Source: Hyalangium minutum
GTDB lineage: Bacteria > Myxococcota > Myxococcia > Myxococcales > Myxococcaceae
DNA length: 64,000 nucleotides
Direction of reading: 5' to 3'
NCBI RefSeq assembly: GCF_000737315.1
Contig: NZ_JMCB01000003.1
Location: 992,001 to 1,056,000, forward strand
Below are positions 28,574 through 37,179 of the stretch, piece after piece. The notes below the pieces were generated by a model. That model saw only the letters and a list, made by a program, of their open reading frames with translations. It ran no database searches and was not told where the DNA came from. Each line of letters opens with the position of its first letter. The stretch's first letter is position 1. Both the position numbers and the translations under genes were made by a program.

Positions 28574-29467
28574 TTGTCCGCGATCCACATCGCAACGGCC
28601 TCCCACCTCCCACCTGAGCCTCCCTTGCCCCGCACTCCCGTCGCCCTCTGGATCTGGTACCTCGGAGGAACCTTCCGAGGGTTCCAGCGCCAGGCCCAGG
28701 GGCCGACCGTCCAAGAATCCCTGGAGAACGCGCTGAGAGAGGTGGGTGTCCCTGCGGCCGTCATGCCTTCCGGGCGCACCGATCGCGGCGTACACGCTCG
28801 GATGCAGGGGGTCAGCCTGAGGTTGGAGGCCGGGGACTCGGCCGAGGCGCTCGCTGCTCGCCTCCCTGCCCACCTGCCCCCGGACTTGGGGCTGTGTGTG
28901 GCCCGGAAGCCCCACCCGTCCTTCCACGCCCAGTGGAGCGCGGAGGGAAAGACGTACCGGTACCGGGTCCAGTTGGCCGGCACTGTGGCGCCCGAGTGGC
29001 GGCCCTATGTGATGGAAGTAGCGGCAGAGCCCCGGCTCGCTCCGCATGACATCACTCCGGAGCGGTTCTCGGAACTGCTGAGAATGGCCGAGGGCCAGCG
29101 GGAGTTCTCCGCGTTCCACGAGAACTCCAGCCCGCGCAAGCTGCGCACGCTGGAGTCCGCCACCCTGCATGCGCTGGGCGGTGGGCTGTTCGAGGTGATC
29201 CTTCGGGGAGATGCCTTCGCGCGCTACCAGGTGCGCTACCTGGTGGGCTCGGCGCTGCTCACCGCCGCGGGACAGCTCCCCGAGGAGCAGTGGCGTGCGG
29301 CGCTGGAGCAGGGAGAGCGCATCCCCGGGCTCAAGGCGGAGGCCTCGGGGCTGGTGCTCTGGGAAGTGCGCTACCCGGCGAAGCTCGATCCGTTCACCCC
29401 CGCCGAGCGGGCCGCGCCCCCCGGTCTCCCGGAGGGGCCTCCCTTTCTCGGCGCGCCGGAGGGGTGA
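28574..29467 (+). CDS. truA: tRNA pseudouridine synthase A-like
   Basis: YLGGTFRGFQRQ, SGRTDRGVHA (catalytic Asp), KTYRY, FARYQVRYLVG. Confidence 0.85.
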   Translation: MSAIHIATASHLPPEPPLPRTPVALWIWYLGGTFRGFQRQAQGPTVQESLENALREVGVPAAVMPSGRTDRGVHARMQGVSLRLEAGDSAEALAARLPAHLPPDLGLCVARKPHPSFHAQWSAEGKTYRYRVQLAGTVAPEWRPYVMEVAAEPRLAPHDITPERFSELLRMAEGQREFSAFHENSSPRKLRTLESATLHALGGGLFEVILRGDAFARYQVRYLVGSALLTAAGQLPEEQWRAALEQGERIPGLKAEASGLVLWEVRYPAKLDPFTPAERAAPPGLPEGPPFLGAPEG

Positions 29468-29473
29468 CGCCCG

Positions 29474-29653
29474 TCAGTCGACGAGCCGCTCCTCATACTT
29501 CGCCAGCAGATCCGAGATCGCCTCGCGCAGGTACTCGCTCTGACGGATGCGCGTGCTGCGCGACAGATCCTTCAGCGCATCGAGCTTCTCGCGGGAGAGA
29601 CGGAAGACCACCGAGGTGAGACGGGGATTGGTGTCCAAGTGCGGAACCTCCAT
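29474..29653 (-). CDS. Ribbon-helix-helix DNA-binding protein
   Basis: TSVVFRL beta strand followed by two helices (LDALKDLSRSTRI, QSEYLREAISDLL); start uncertain. Confidence 0.75.
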   Translation of the reverse strand: MEVPHLDTNPRLTSVVFRLSREKLDALKDLSRSTRIRQSEYLREAISDLLAKYEERLVD

Positions 29654-29699
29654 ACAGGTGCACACACCATCTCACAGCACTTCCTGATCGCAAGAAAAG

Positions 29700-30209
29700 T
29701 CACCGTGATCCGATCGGGAAGCTCCACTGGAGGCCGGTGAATGCCTCGGCGTCCACGCGCATGCCGGATCCGAACCCGAGCGACAGTCCGAGCCCTCCAT
29801 AGAAGGAGAGCTGATCCGACAGCGTGCGACGCACGCCGAACCCTAGGCGAGGCCCTGCCCACGTCCCAGAAAACAGCCTCACGGCAGCGCCCACGTCGAA
29901 GAAGGTCTGCCACTCCTCGCGGCCGAAGATGCTGCGGAAGCCGCCGAGCAGCACCCCACCCTTCCCCGCTTCGCCCAGGCCGGCGCGAGCCAGGAGGAAC
30001 ACCTCGTCCTGGTCGTAGCCCACGGTGAGGCTGCCGCCCACGTCGAAGAGCACGCCGGGTCCCGTCACCGCCCGATCGCCGCTCAGCGTGGTGGTGTAGC
30101 CGAGCCCCGGTCCGGCCAGGAGGCTCACGGCGCGGTGCTCCTCGTAGGACTGGGCGCGCGCCACCGTGGGCACCGCGAGCAGCAGGATCACGAGGAGCAG
30201 CGGCCTCAC
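29700..30209 (-). CDS. Secreted outer-membrane beta-barrel-like protein
   Basis: Signal peptide (ARA-QS), alternating beta strands, C-terminal LQWSF. Confidence 0.6.
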   Translation of the reverse strand: MRPLLLVILLLAVPTVARAQSYEEHRAVSLLAGPGLGYTTTLSGDRAVTGPGVLFDVGGSLTVGYDQDEVFLLARAGLGEAGKGGVLLGGFRSIFGREEWQTFFDVGAAVRLFSGTWAGPRLGFGVRRTLSDQLSFYGGLGLSLGFGSGMRVDAEAFTGLQWSFPIGSR

Positions 30210-30216
30210 GCGGGGA

Positions 30217-31107
30217 TCAGCTCACCACGGGCAGCGAGAACCCCTGAGACGGCTGGGCGGGCTTCGTCACCCCGGCCGCCTCGTTCATCCGGCCCGAGCG
30301 GAACGGCTCGAGGTCCAGCGCCACGAACTTGAAGCCGATCGCCTTGAGCGCGGTGTTGATGCGCTCGCGCACGTCGCCGGAGAAGAAGCGCTCGTACTCC
30401 TCGGAGGCCAGCTCCAGGCGGGCCACCTCCTGGTGGTAGCGCACGCGGAACTGGCGGAAGCCCAGGCGGCGCATCTCGGACTCGGCCGCGGCGATCTGGA
30501 ACAGCCGCTCGCGCGTCACCGAGGTGCCGTACGGAATGCGCGAGGCCAGGCACGCCATCTGCGGCTTGTCCCAGGTGGGCAGCCCGAGCTGCTGGCTCCA
30601 GGCGCGGATCTCGTCCTTGGTCAGCCCGGCCTGCGCCAAAGGCGACTGCACCTGGTGCTCCTTGGCGGCCTTGTGCCCCGGGCGGTGATCCTTGAAGTCG
30701 TCCGCGTTGAACCCGTCGAGCACCACCGCGTACCCGAGCTGCTGGCGGCGGGCCTCGCACAAGTCGTACAGCTCCGTCTTGCAGAAGTAGCAGCGGTTGG
30801 TGGGATTGGCGGCGTACTGGGGGTTGGCCAGCTCGTTGCTCGTCACCACCTCGTGCCGGGCGCCGATCTTCTGAGCCAGCTCGCGCGCCTCCTGCTCTTC
30901 CTCGGGGGCCACCGAGGCCGACAGGGCCGTGATGGCCAGCGCCCGCTCGCCCAGCTCCTCCACGGCGATCTTCAGCACGAAGGTGGAGTCCACCCCGCCC
31001 GAGAACGCCACCAGCGCGGTGCCGTGGGCGCGGAGAGCCGCGCGCATGGCCTCCAGCTTGGGTCGGGAGCTGTCACACAGGGCCTGGATCTGCTCGGGGC
31101 TCAGCAT
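30217..31107 (-). CDS. larE: LarE-like PP-loop ATP-dependent sulfur transferase
   Basis: VAFSGGVDST PP-loop, RCYFCK, DHRPG, SPLAQAGLTKDEIR, ACLASRIPYG, QFRVRYH. Confidence 0.88.
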   Translation of the reverse strand: MLSPEQIQALCDSSRPKLEAMRAALRAHGTALVAFSGGVDSTFVLKIAVEELGERALAITALSASVAPEEEQEARELAQKIGARHEVVTSNELANPQYAANPTNRCYFCKTELYDLCEARRQQLGYAVVLDGFNADDFKDHRPGHKAAKEHQVQSPLAQAGLTKDEIRAWSQQLGLPTWDKPQMACLASRIPYGTSVTRERLFQIAAAESEMRRLGFRQFRVRYHQEVARLELASEEYERFFSGDVRERINTALKAIGFKFVALDLEPFRSGRMNEAAGVTKPAQPSQGFSLPVVS

Positions 31108-31202
31108 GGCGCTCTCCTAAAGGAAAGGGCCCCCGATTGCACGCGCAACCCGGGGGCCCTGAGTTCCTGTCAGCCCTGCCTGCTCAGTGCAGGGCGCTGG
31201 GA

Positions 31203-31961
31203 CTACTTGCTGCGCTTGGCGCTCTTCTTGGCAGCCGCCGCCGGCTTGGCCACGCGAGCCGCGCGGGTGGCGGGCCGGGCCTTGGCGCCCTTCGGGGCCG
31301 CCGCCTTCGCCTCGCCCTTGGCCTTGGGCTCGGCCTTGGGCTCGGCCGGGGCCGCCTCGGCCTGCCGCGCCTTCTTCGGCAGCGGGTTGGCCTTCATCTT
31401 CTTGCCGGTGATGACCTTCAGCTCCTCCGGCGTCACCAGGCTCAGGTCCAGCAGCGACTGGAAGATCTTCATCGCGCCGTCCTCGACGCTCTCCGTGTCG
31501 GAGTGGATCGTCACCTCAGGCGAGGTGGGCGGCTCGTACGGCTCGGTGATGCCGATGAAGTTGGGGATCTCGCCACTGAGCGCCTTCTTGTACTTGCCCG
31601 TGGTGTCGCGCTCGATCAGCTTCTCGGTGGGGCAGTCGACGTAGACCTCCACGTACTTGCTGATCACGCGGCGGTTCTCCTCGCGGACGGTCTTGTAGGG
31701 GCTGACCGAGGGAACGATGACCGCCACGTTGTTGCGGGTCAGCAACTGGGCCACGAAGCCCAGGCGCCGCACGGTGACGGAGCGCTCCTCCTTGCTGTCC
31801 CCCAGGCCCTGCCAGAGGTCATCGCCCAGCTCTCCCTCGTCGAGGATCTCCACATTGCGCCCCACCTGTCGCAGACGTGCGGCAATGTAGGCGGCGTACG
31901 TGCTCTTACCGGTACCGTGCATGCCGGTCAGCCAGAGCGTAAAACCAGTCGTGCTGGGCAT
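31203..31961 (-). CDS. cysC: Adenylyl-sulfate kinase with an Ala/Lys-rich C-terminal tail
   Basis: LWLTGMHGTGKST P-loop, VSPY, VEVYVDCP, RDTTGKYKKA, FIGITEPYEPP. Confidence 0.85.
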   Translation of the reverse strand: MPSTTGFTLWLTGMHGTGKSTYAAYIAARLRQVGRNVEILDEGELGDDLWQGLGDSKEERSVTVRRLGFVAQLLTRNNVAVIVPSVSPYKTVREENRRVISKYVEVYVDCPTEKLIERDTTGKYKKALSGEIPNFIGITEPYEPPTSPEVTIHSDTESVEDGAMKIFQSLLDLSLVTPEELKVITGKKMKANPLPKKARQAEAAPAEPKAEPKAKGEAKAAAPKGAKARPATRAARVAKPAAAAKKSAKRSK

Positions 31962-32135
31962 AGAGGTGCTCACTCCCTGCGCTCGAAGCGGTTGAGCGCT
32001 CCGTGTGTGCGCGGCAGATCAACAGACGCGCGCCTTATAGACGAAAACCCCCGCGCTTGACAATTGACACACACCTTTCCGCAGGTGGGGGAGCCAACCG
32101 GCCAAGTGCCTGCTCCTATTAGGGTTTTCGTTGAA

Positions 32136-32588
32136 TTACGGTAGGAACGTAACCGGACGGTCGCGAAATTCTCCCTCAACCCATCGAAAAAGCCTCGCCT
32201 CGGACGCACGCCCGGCAACCACCGCCACCACCAGGTAGGATACGCCTGGAAGTAGCGGTTGCCCGGAAGCCAAGGCCTGGGCCCTGTCCTCGGTCGAGAA
32301 GTCCGCGATTCCATTCACGTGAGAGTGGAACACACACTCCACGGACTCACCTCGCGCGTCGGCTTCCTTTAAAAGCGCGAGCCAGTCCCTGGGCTCGAAG
32401 AGGTAGGCGGTGCGCGAGGTGCGAGGAAAGCGCACAGGGTCGGCCGCGTGGTGTCGATCATAGGCGTTGGGCAGGGGCTGGACTCGCCAGGGGCCTTCCA
32501 GGCCCGCCCGCAGGATCACGCCGCAGCCTTCCTGGGGGTAGGTTCCCTCCAGATGTCGGAGGATCTCCGATAGGCATTCCTCCCACAT
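32136..32588 (-). CDS. JAB/MPN (Mov34) metalloprotease, Mec-like
   Basis: YPQEGCG (catalytic Glu) and FHSHVNGIADFSTED (HxHx7SxxD). Confidence 0.85.
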   Translation of the reverse strand: MWEECLSEILRHLEGTYPQEGCGVILRAGLEGPWRVQPLPNAYDRHHAADPVRFPRTSRTAYLFEPRDWLALLKEADARGESVECVFHSHVNGIADFSTEDRAQALASGQPLLPGVSYLVVAVVAGRASEARLFRWVEGEFRDRPVTFLP

Positions 32589-32592
32589 GGAA

Positions 32593-33213
32593 TTACAGGG
32601 ACTCACGGCACTTGGCACAGCGCCGGAGCTCCAGATCCACCCACTGTCCGGGGGCCACGAGCCACTTGCCGCCCAGCTCCGGCCCCATTCCGAGCCGGAG
32701 CCGCTGGAACACCAGCGCCCCCAACGTGCCGAGCGCCACGCCGAGCACTCCATTGGGTGCGGCTCCCAAGGTCCGGACGGTCTCTCCGAAGCACCAGACG
32801 CATCCCTGGCTCCCGCGGAAGACCACCGCGCCACGCGTGCCGTCGCCTCCGAGCGCCACCCACGGGGCCTCACCACTCCAGGCCGCGGGCAGCTCAGCGA
32901 TCCGGCCTCCCGGGCGAGGCGTCGCCGCATCCGGATTCACCTCCGGGAGCACGCGGGCCAGCACCTCGGAGGCAGGGTGCCCAATGTCGGCATCCACGAC
33001 CAGGAAGCCCACGGAAGCGGGCCCCACCTTGGCGTCCGTGGTCACCACCGGAGTGCCGCCCGCCGCGAGGTAGGCCGCAGCCGTGAGCCCGGCGGGACCG
33101 GCGCCTTCGAGCCGCGCTCCCGCCTCCAGCAGTGCCTCCTGGCCTCGGCCGCCCACATCCTTCAGGAGGATCTGCCGCGAGTAGCGAAGGATCTGATCTT
33201 CACTCAGCGCCAC
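32593..33213 (-). CDS. Degenerate ThiF/MoeB-family (E1-like) protein
   Basis: RYSRQILL...VGGRGQEAL, CVWC and CAKC zinc-ligand pairs; nucleotide-binding loop shortened (GAGPAG). Confidence 0.75.
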   Translation of the reverse strand: MALSEDQILRYSRQILLKDVGGRGQEALLEAGARLEGAGPAGLTAAAYLAAGGTPVVTTDAKVGPASVGFLVVDADIGHPASEVLARVLPEVNPDAATPRPGGRIAELPAAWSGEAPWVALGGDGTRGAVVFRGSQGCVWCFGETVRTLGAAPNGVLGVALGTLGALVFQRLRLGMGPELGGKWLVAPGQWVDLELRRCAKCRESL

Positions 33214-33216
33214 CGC

Positions 33217-33456
33217 TCACCTCCCCTGCTTCCGCAGCAACAGCCGGTGAGTGCCATCGGGCCGGGGCTCGAGTGCGAGCACCTCGTGCCCCTCCTCGCG
33301 AGCACTGCGAGGAACGTTCTTCAGCGGCTCGGAGCCTTTGAGGAACACCTCCAGCACCGCGCCAGACCCGAGCGACTCCAGCTTGAGCTTGGTGCGCACG
33401 TAGGTCATCGGGCAGACCTCACGGGTGATGTCGAGCGTCGCCGTCACGTCGTGCAT
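33217..33456 (-). CDS. TusA/SirA-family sulfur carrier
   Basis: LDITREVCPMTYVRTK (CPxP-like motif), NVPRSAREEGH. Confidence 0.88.
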   Translation of the reverse strand: MHDVTATLDITREVCPMTYVRTKLKLESLGSGAVLEVFLKGSEPLKNVPRSAREEGHEVLALEPRPDGTHRLLLRKQGR

Positions 33457-34175
33457 TGCGCGGCCTCCTCGGGAGCAACGAGCTGGGGCGTCCGGCCCGG
33501 AGCACAGGCAGAGCAGTCCGGCGACCGCTGCACGCGCACCATCCGGCTCGTGAGTGTGGCCCCATCGATGAGATGCAGCCGCGCATCGCCCCGCGCGAGC
33601 CCTGCCGCCCCCGAGAGCCGCTCGAGTGCGAGCAAGGCCTGAAGTGAGCCCACGAGCCCTGCCATGGAGCCGAGCACTCCCGCCTGCGCGCAGGTGGGCA
33701 CGGCATCCGGCGGAGGCGGAGCCTCGTAGAGGCAGCGCAGGCACGGGCCATCCGGATCGATTCTGAAGGCCTGCCCCTGCATGCGGAGCACGCCGCCGTA
33801 GATCAGCGGCACCCCGGTGAGCACCGCCACATCGGACAAGAAGAACTTGGTGGCCGTGCCATCGGTGGCGTCGATGACGACGTCATGCGCGCGGAAGAGT
33901 GCCTCGGCGTTGTCCACGTTCACGCGCTCGGGAATGGCCTCGGTGCTCAGGTCCGGGAAGGCGCGCCTCAGGCCCGCCACGGCGGACTCCGCCTTGAGCC
34001 GGCCCACGTCCGAGGTGCGGTGCCAGAGCTGGCGATGGAGGTTCGTCACATCCACCCGGTCCGGATCCGCCAGCGTGAGGTGCCCCACCCCCGCATGCGC
34101 CAGGGCGAGCGAGGCTGGACACCCCAGCCCTCCCGCCCCCACCACCAGCACTCGCGCCTCGAAAAGGCGGCTCAC
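33444..34175 (-). CDS. HesA/MoeB/ThiF-family adenylyltransferase
   Basis: VVGAGGLGCP, DRVDVTNLHRQ, DATD, PCLRCLY, CAQAGV, CSAC. Confidence 0.9.
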   Translation of the reverse strand: MSRLFEARVLVVGAGGLGCPASLALAHAGVGHLTLADPDRVDVTNLHRQLWHRTSDVGRLKAESAVAGLRRAFPDLSTEAIPERVNVDNAEALFRAHDVVIDATDGTATKFFLSDVAVLTGVPLIYGGVLRMQGQAFRIDPDGPCLRCLYEAPPPPDAVPTCAQAGVLGSMAGLVGSLQALLALERLSGAAGLARGDARLHLIDGATLTSRMVRVQRSPDCSACAPGRTPQLVAPEEAAQCTT

Positions 34176-34307
34176 GTGACACTCCTCCGCGTCAGAAGCT
34201 TCCCAGGGAGGGCCGAACGAATATCCTCCGGCGCCGCGACGTCCCACCCTCGGTAGCACACTTCACCGCTTCACCGCCCAGCCTCAGAGGCTGAACTGCC
34301 AGGACAT

Positions 34308-34850
34308 ATGAAAAAGCTGACCGGCGCGCTCGTCCTTTCGCTCTCCCTCCTGATGACCTCCGCCTGCCGCAGTGCTGGCGAGACCCGGGACTCGGAGGAT
34401 GCCTCCACCCCCGCAGCCGATGCGCAAGCACCGGGAAACACCGTCCAGGCCGGTGTGGACACCCTCCAGAAGGACGCGGGCTCCCAGGACGACGCGGGCT
34501 CTGCCACCGTCTCCCCCACCCCGGCCCAGGGCTTGGGTGCGGGGGCCGGCTCCTCGGCGGGCAAGGCCTCGGCCGGCAGCTCTTACGCCGCGACGCTGAC
34601 CCCAGCCGAGAAGCAGGCGCAAGAGGCCTGCATCGACACGTGGTTGAAGGGCAAGAAGCTGGACCGGTACGGCCACGATGAGGGCACCATGTACGCGGGC
34701 GGCTCCCCCATCTTCAACGAGATGACCGGCGAGGCCCGCGAGCGCCTCGACTACGTCTACGAGCGCCAGCCCGAGGCCAAGAAGGCCTGCACCACCGCGG
34801 CCCAGAGCACACCGCAGAACAAGAAGGGCATCCCCGAGAAGAAGAAGTAG
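34308..34850 (+). CDS. Predicted lipoprotein
   Basis: Lipobox (MTSAC), low-complexity linker, C-terminal two-Cys domain (LDRYGHDEGTMYAGGSPIF). Confidence 0.7.
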   Translation: MKKLTGALVLSLSLLMTSACRSAGETRDSEDASTPAADAQAPGNTVQAGVDTLQKDAGSQDDAGSATVSPTPAQGLGAGAGSSAGKASAGSSYAATLTPAEKQAQEACIDTWLKGKKLDRYGHDEGTMYAGGSPIFNEMTGEARERLDYVYERQPEAKKACTTAAQSTPQNKKGIPEKKK

Positions 34851-34943
34851 CCCTGGAGGCCCAGTGTGCCTCCTCGGGCTCCGGGGAGGCATGCGGCGGG
34901 TTGGGATTCCCGGAAACCCGGTTGCTCCCTTAAGCTGCCCGCC

Positions 34944-36230
34944 GTGACCGAGACGCACGCCGCCTCCGACGAGGAGAAACCCGCAAACGATCTGCGCGCC
35001 CGCGTGCGCACGGTGCTCCAGCGACGCAAGCTCACGGACAGCGTGTCCGCCGAGCAGGCCGCCGCGTCGTGGGAGCAGGATCGCTTCGTCGCCCGGGCCC
35101 GCGCGCTGTTCTACGCGCGCATGATGTTCCTCACCCTGGGCCTGCTCATCCTCGCGGTGCCCACGTGGTCGGGATACTTCGGGCTGAACGGGCCGGTGGC
35201 CTTCGCCGGGTACTTCGCGATGCTGCTCTACAGCGTCGCCAACTTCCTGGTCATCGATCACCCCAAGGCGGGCCGCTGGGTGACGTACCTGACGCTCTGC
35301 CTCGACCTCATCATCATGGTCGTGCTGATCGCCAAGCCACAGGTGGGCGGCGGTCTCCAGAGCCCGCTGCTGGCCACGCAGCTGCTGTTCACCACCCTGT
35401 TCGCCATCCTCTACCCCAAGCCGCTGTCCATCCTGCCGCCGCTGCTGGCGCTGCCGGTGACGACGCGCCTGGACCTGCTGCTCAACCGCTCCGTCACGGC
35501 GATCGAGCTGCTGACGCTGCTGTGGTACTCGGCGCTCAACTTCATCATCGTCTACGTGGTGGTGTACCTGAACGAGCGCGAGGCCGCGGCCCACCGCGAG
35601 GTGGTGGAGCTCCAGGGCGATCTCAAGGAGCTGGCGGTGGTGGAGGAGCGCAACCGCATGGCGCGCGAGATCCACGACGGCCTGGGCGCCTCGCTCTCGT
35701 CGATGATCATCCAGTCCGAGTACATCCTCGGGCTGGCGAAGGACGGCCCGCTGCGCGACGAGATCCTCGAGCTGAAGGCCTCGGCGGAGGAGTCCATCGA
35801 CGAGCTGCGCCGCAACCTGCGGATGATGCGCGAGGACTTCGAGCTGACACAGGGCCTGGAGGACTACGCCAAGACGTTCCGGGACCGCACCCAGATGGAC
35901 ATCCGGTTCGAGCGCTCGGGGACGCCGAAGAAGCTGTCGCCCGACGCGCAGCTGGCCCTGTTCCGCATCCTCCAGGAGGGCCTGTCCAACGCCGCCAAGC
36001 ACGCGCAGGCCAAGGTGGTGACGGTGAAACTGGACTTCGGCGAGGCCCGGGTGCACCTGACGGTGCGCGATGACGGCAAGGGCTTCGATCCGAAGAAGAC
36101 GCCGCGCGGCCACTACGGCCTGTTGAACATGCGCGAGCGCGCGATGAAGCTCGGCGGCGAGATCATCGTGGACTCGGCCCCGGGCGCCGGTGCGATGGTG
36201 TCCTTCTCTCTTCCCTGCAACCCCTCGTGA
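34944..36230 (+). CDS. Membrane sensor histidine kinase (NarX/HisKA_3 type)
   Basis: Multiple transmembrane helices, ERNRMAREIHDG, QEGLSNAAKHA, DDGKGF, HYGLLNMRER. Confidence 0.92.
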   Translation: MTETHAASDEEKPANDLRARVRTVLQRRKLTDSVSAEQAAASWEQDRFVARARALFYARMMFLTLGLLILAVPTWSGYFGLNGPVAFAGYFAMLLYSVANFLVIDHPKAGRWVTYLTLCLDLIIMVVLIAKPQVGGGLQSPLLATQLLFTTLFAILYPKPLSILPPLLALPVTTRLDLLLNRSVTAIELLTLLWYSALNFIIVYVVVYLNEREAAAHREVVELQGDLKELAVVEERNRMAREIHDGLGASLSSMIIQSEYILGLAKDGPLRDEILELKASAEESIDELRRNLRMMREDFELTQGLEDYAKTFRDRTQMDIRFERSGTPKKLSPDAQLALFRILQEGLSNAAKHAQAKVVTVKLDFGEARVHLTVRDDGKGFDPKKTPRGHYGLLNMRERAMKLGGEIIVDSAPGAGAMVSFSLPCNPS

Positions 36231-37033
36231 TGACCGGAGACCCTGTGGATCCCCAGCCGACGACGCCCACCGCCCCCATCCGCGTCTTCGTGGTCGAGGA
36301 CCAGACCAAGATCCTGAAGAACCAGCTGCGGCTGCTGGAGGGCCACGCGGACATCGAGATCATCGGCACCGCGCTGTCGGGCGAGGCCGCGATGGAAGAG
36401 GTGCCCAAGCTGATGCCCGACGTGCTCCTGCTGGACCTGGGGCTGCCGCGCATGAGCGGCATCGACGTGACGCGGGCGGTGAAGGCCAGCTTCCCGAAGG
36501 TGGAGATCCTCATCTTCACGATCTTCGACGAGGAGGACAAAGTCCTCGAGGCCGTGAAGGCCGGCGCCTCCGGGTACCTGCTCAAGGGCGCCACGGTGGA
36601 CAAGATCATCGAGGCCATCAAGGAGGTGCGCGCGGGCGGCACGGTCATCCAGCCGAACCTGGCGCGCCGCCTGCTGCGGCACTTCCGGGTGGATCCGGAT
36701 GCCACGCCGGTGCCCGCGGCGCCTCCGCCTCCTGCGCCCCAGGCCACTGCAGCGGCCGCTCCCATGCTGGAGGCGGAACCCCCGACCGAGGTGGAGGCCC
36801 ACCCGGCCGGAGGCGCTTCGGACGAGCCCCAGCTCAAGCCGCTGTCGGACCGGGAGAAGGAGATCCTCCAGCTGATCGCCAAGGGCGTGTCGAACAGCGA
36901 GGCCGCCAAGCTCCTGAACCTGAGCAAGGCGACCATCCGCACGCACCTGGAGCACATCTACCGGAAGCTCGAGGTCACCAACCGCGTGGAGGCCGTCACC
37001 GAGGGCATCCGCAAGGGCCTCATCTCCGTGTAG
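36227..37033 (+). CDS. NarL/LuxR-family response regulator
   Basis: VVED, DVLLLDLGLP (phospho-Asp), ASGYLLK, Pro/Ala linker, LSDREKEIL...HIYRKL HTH. Confidence 0.93.
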   Translation: MMTGDPVDPQPTTPTAPIRVFVVEDQTKILKNQLRLLEGHADIEIIGTALSGEAAMEEVPKLMPDVLLLDLGLPRMSGIDVTRAVKASFPKVEILIFTIFDEEDKVLEAVKAGASGYLLKGATVDKIIEAIKEVRAGGTVIQPNLARRLLRHFRVDPDATPVPAAPPPPAPQATAAAAPMLEAEPPTEVEAHPAGGASDEPQLKPLSDREKEILQLIAKGVSNSEAAKLLNLSKATIRTHLEHIYRKLEVTNRVEAVTEGIRKGLISV

Positions 37034-37179
37034 CCAGCCGGCATGGGGCACCGGAGATGAAGGCGCTTGCCAGCGCGCTTCTACGAGGAGGAGCCGTCTG
37101 AGGCTCGTTCGGATTCAGACAGCACCCGTGGCGGTTGAGCCGAGTGTATCGCGCGGCTCCCGGCTCCGTCCTGAATCCC

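Noticed and set aside
32136-34175. CBASS/Bil-type E1-E2-JAB antiphage system
   Set aside because: No E2, cyclase, ubiquitin-like or effector gene; TusA, CysC and LarE neighbours indicate sulfur metabolism.
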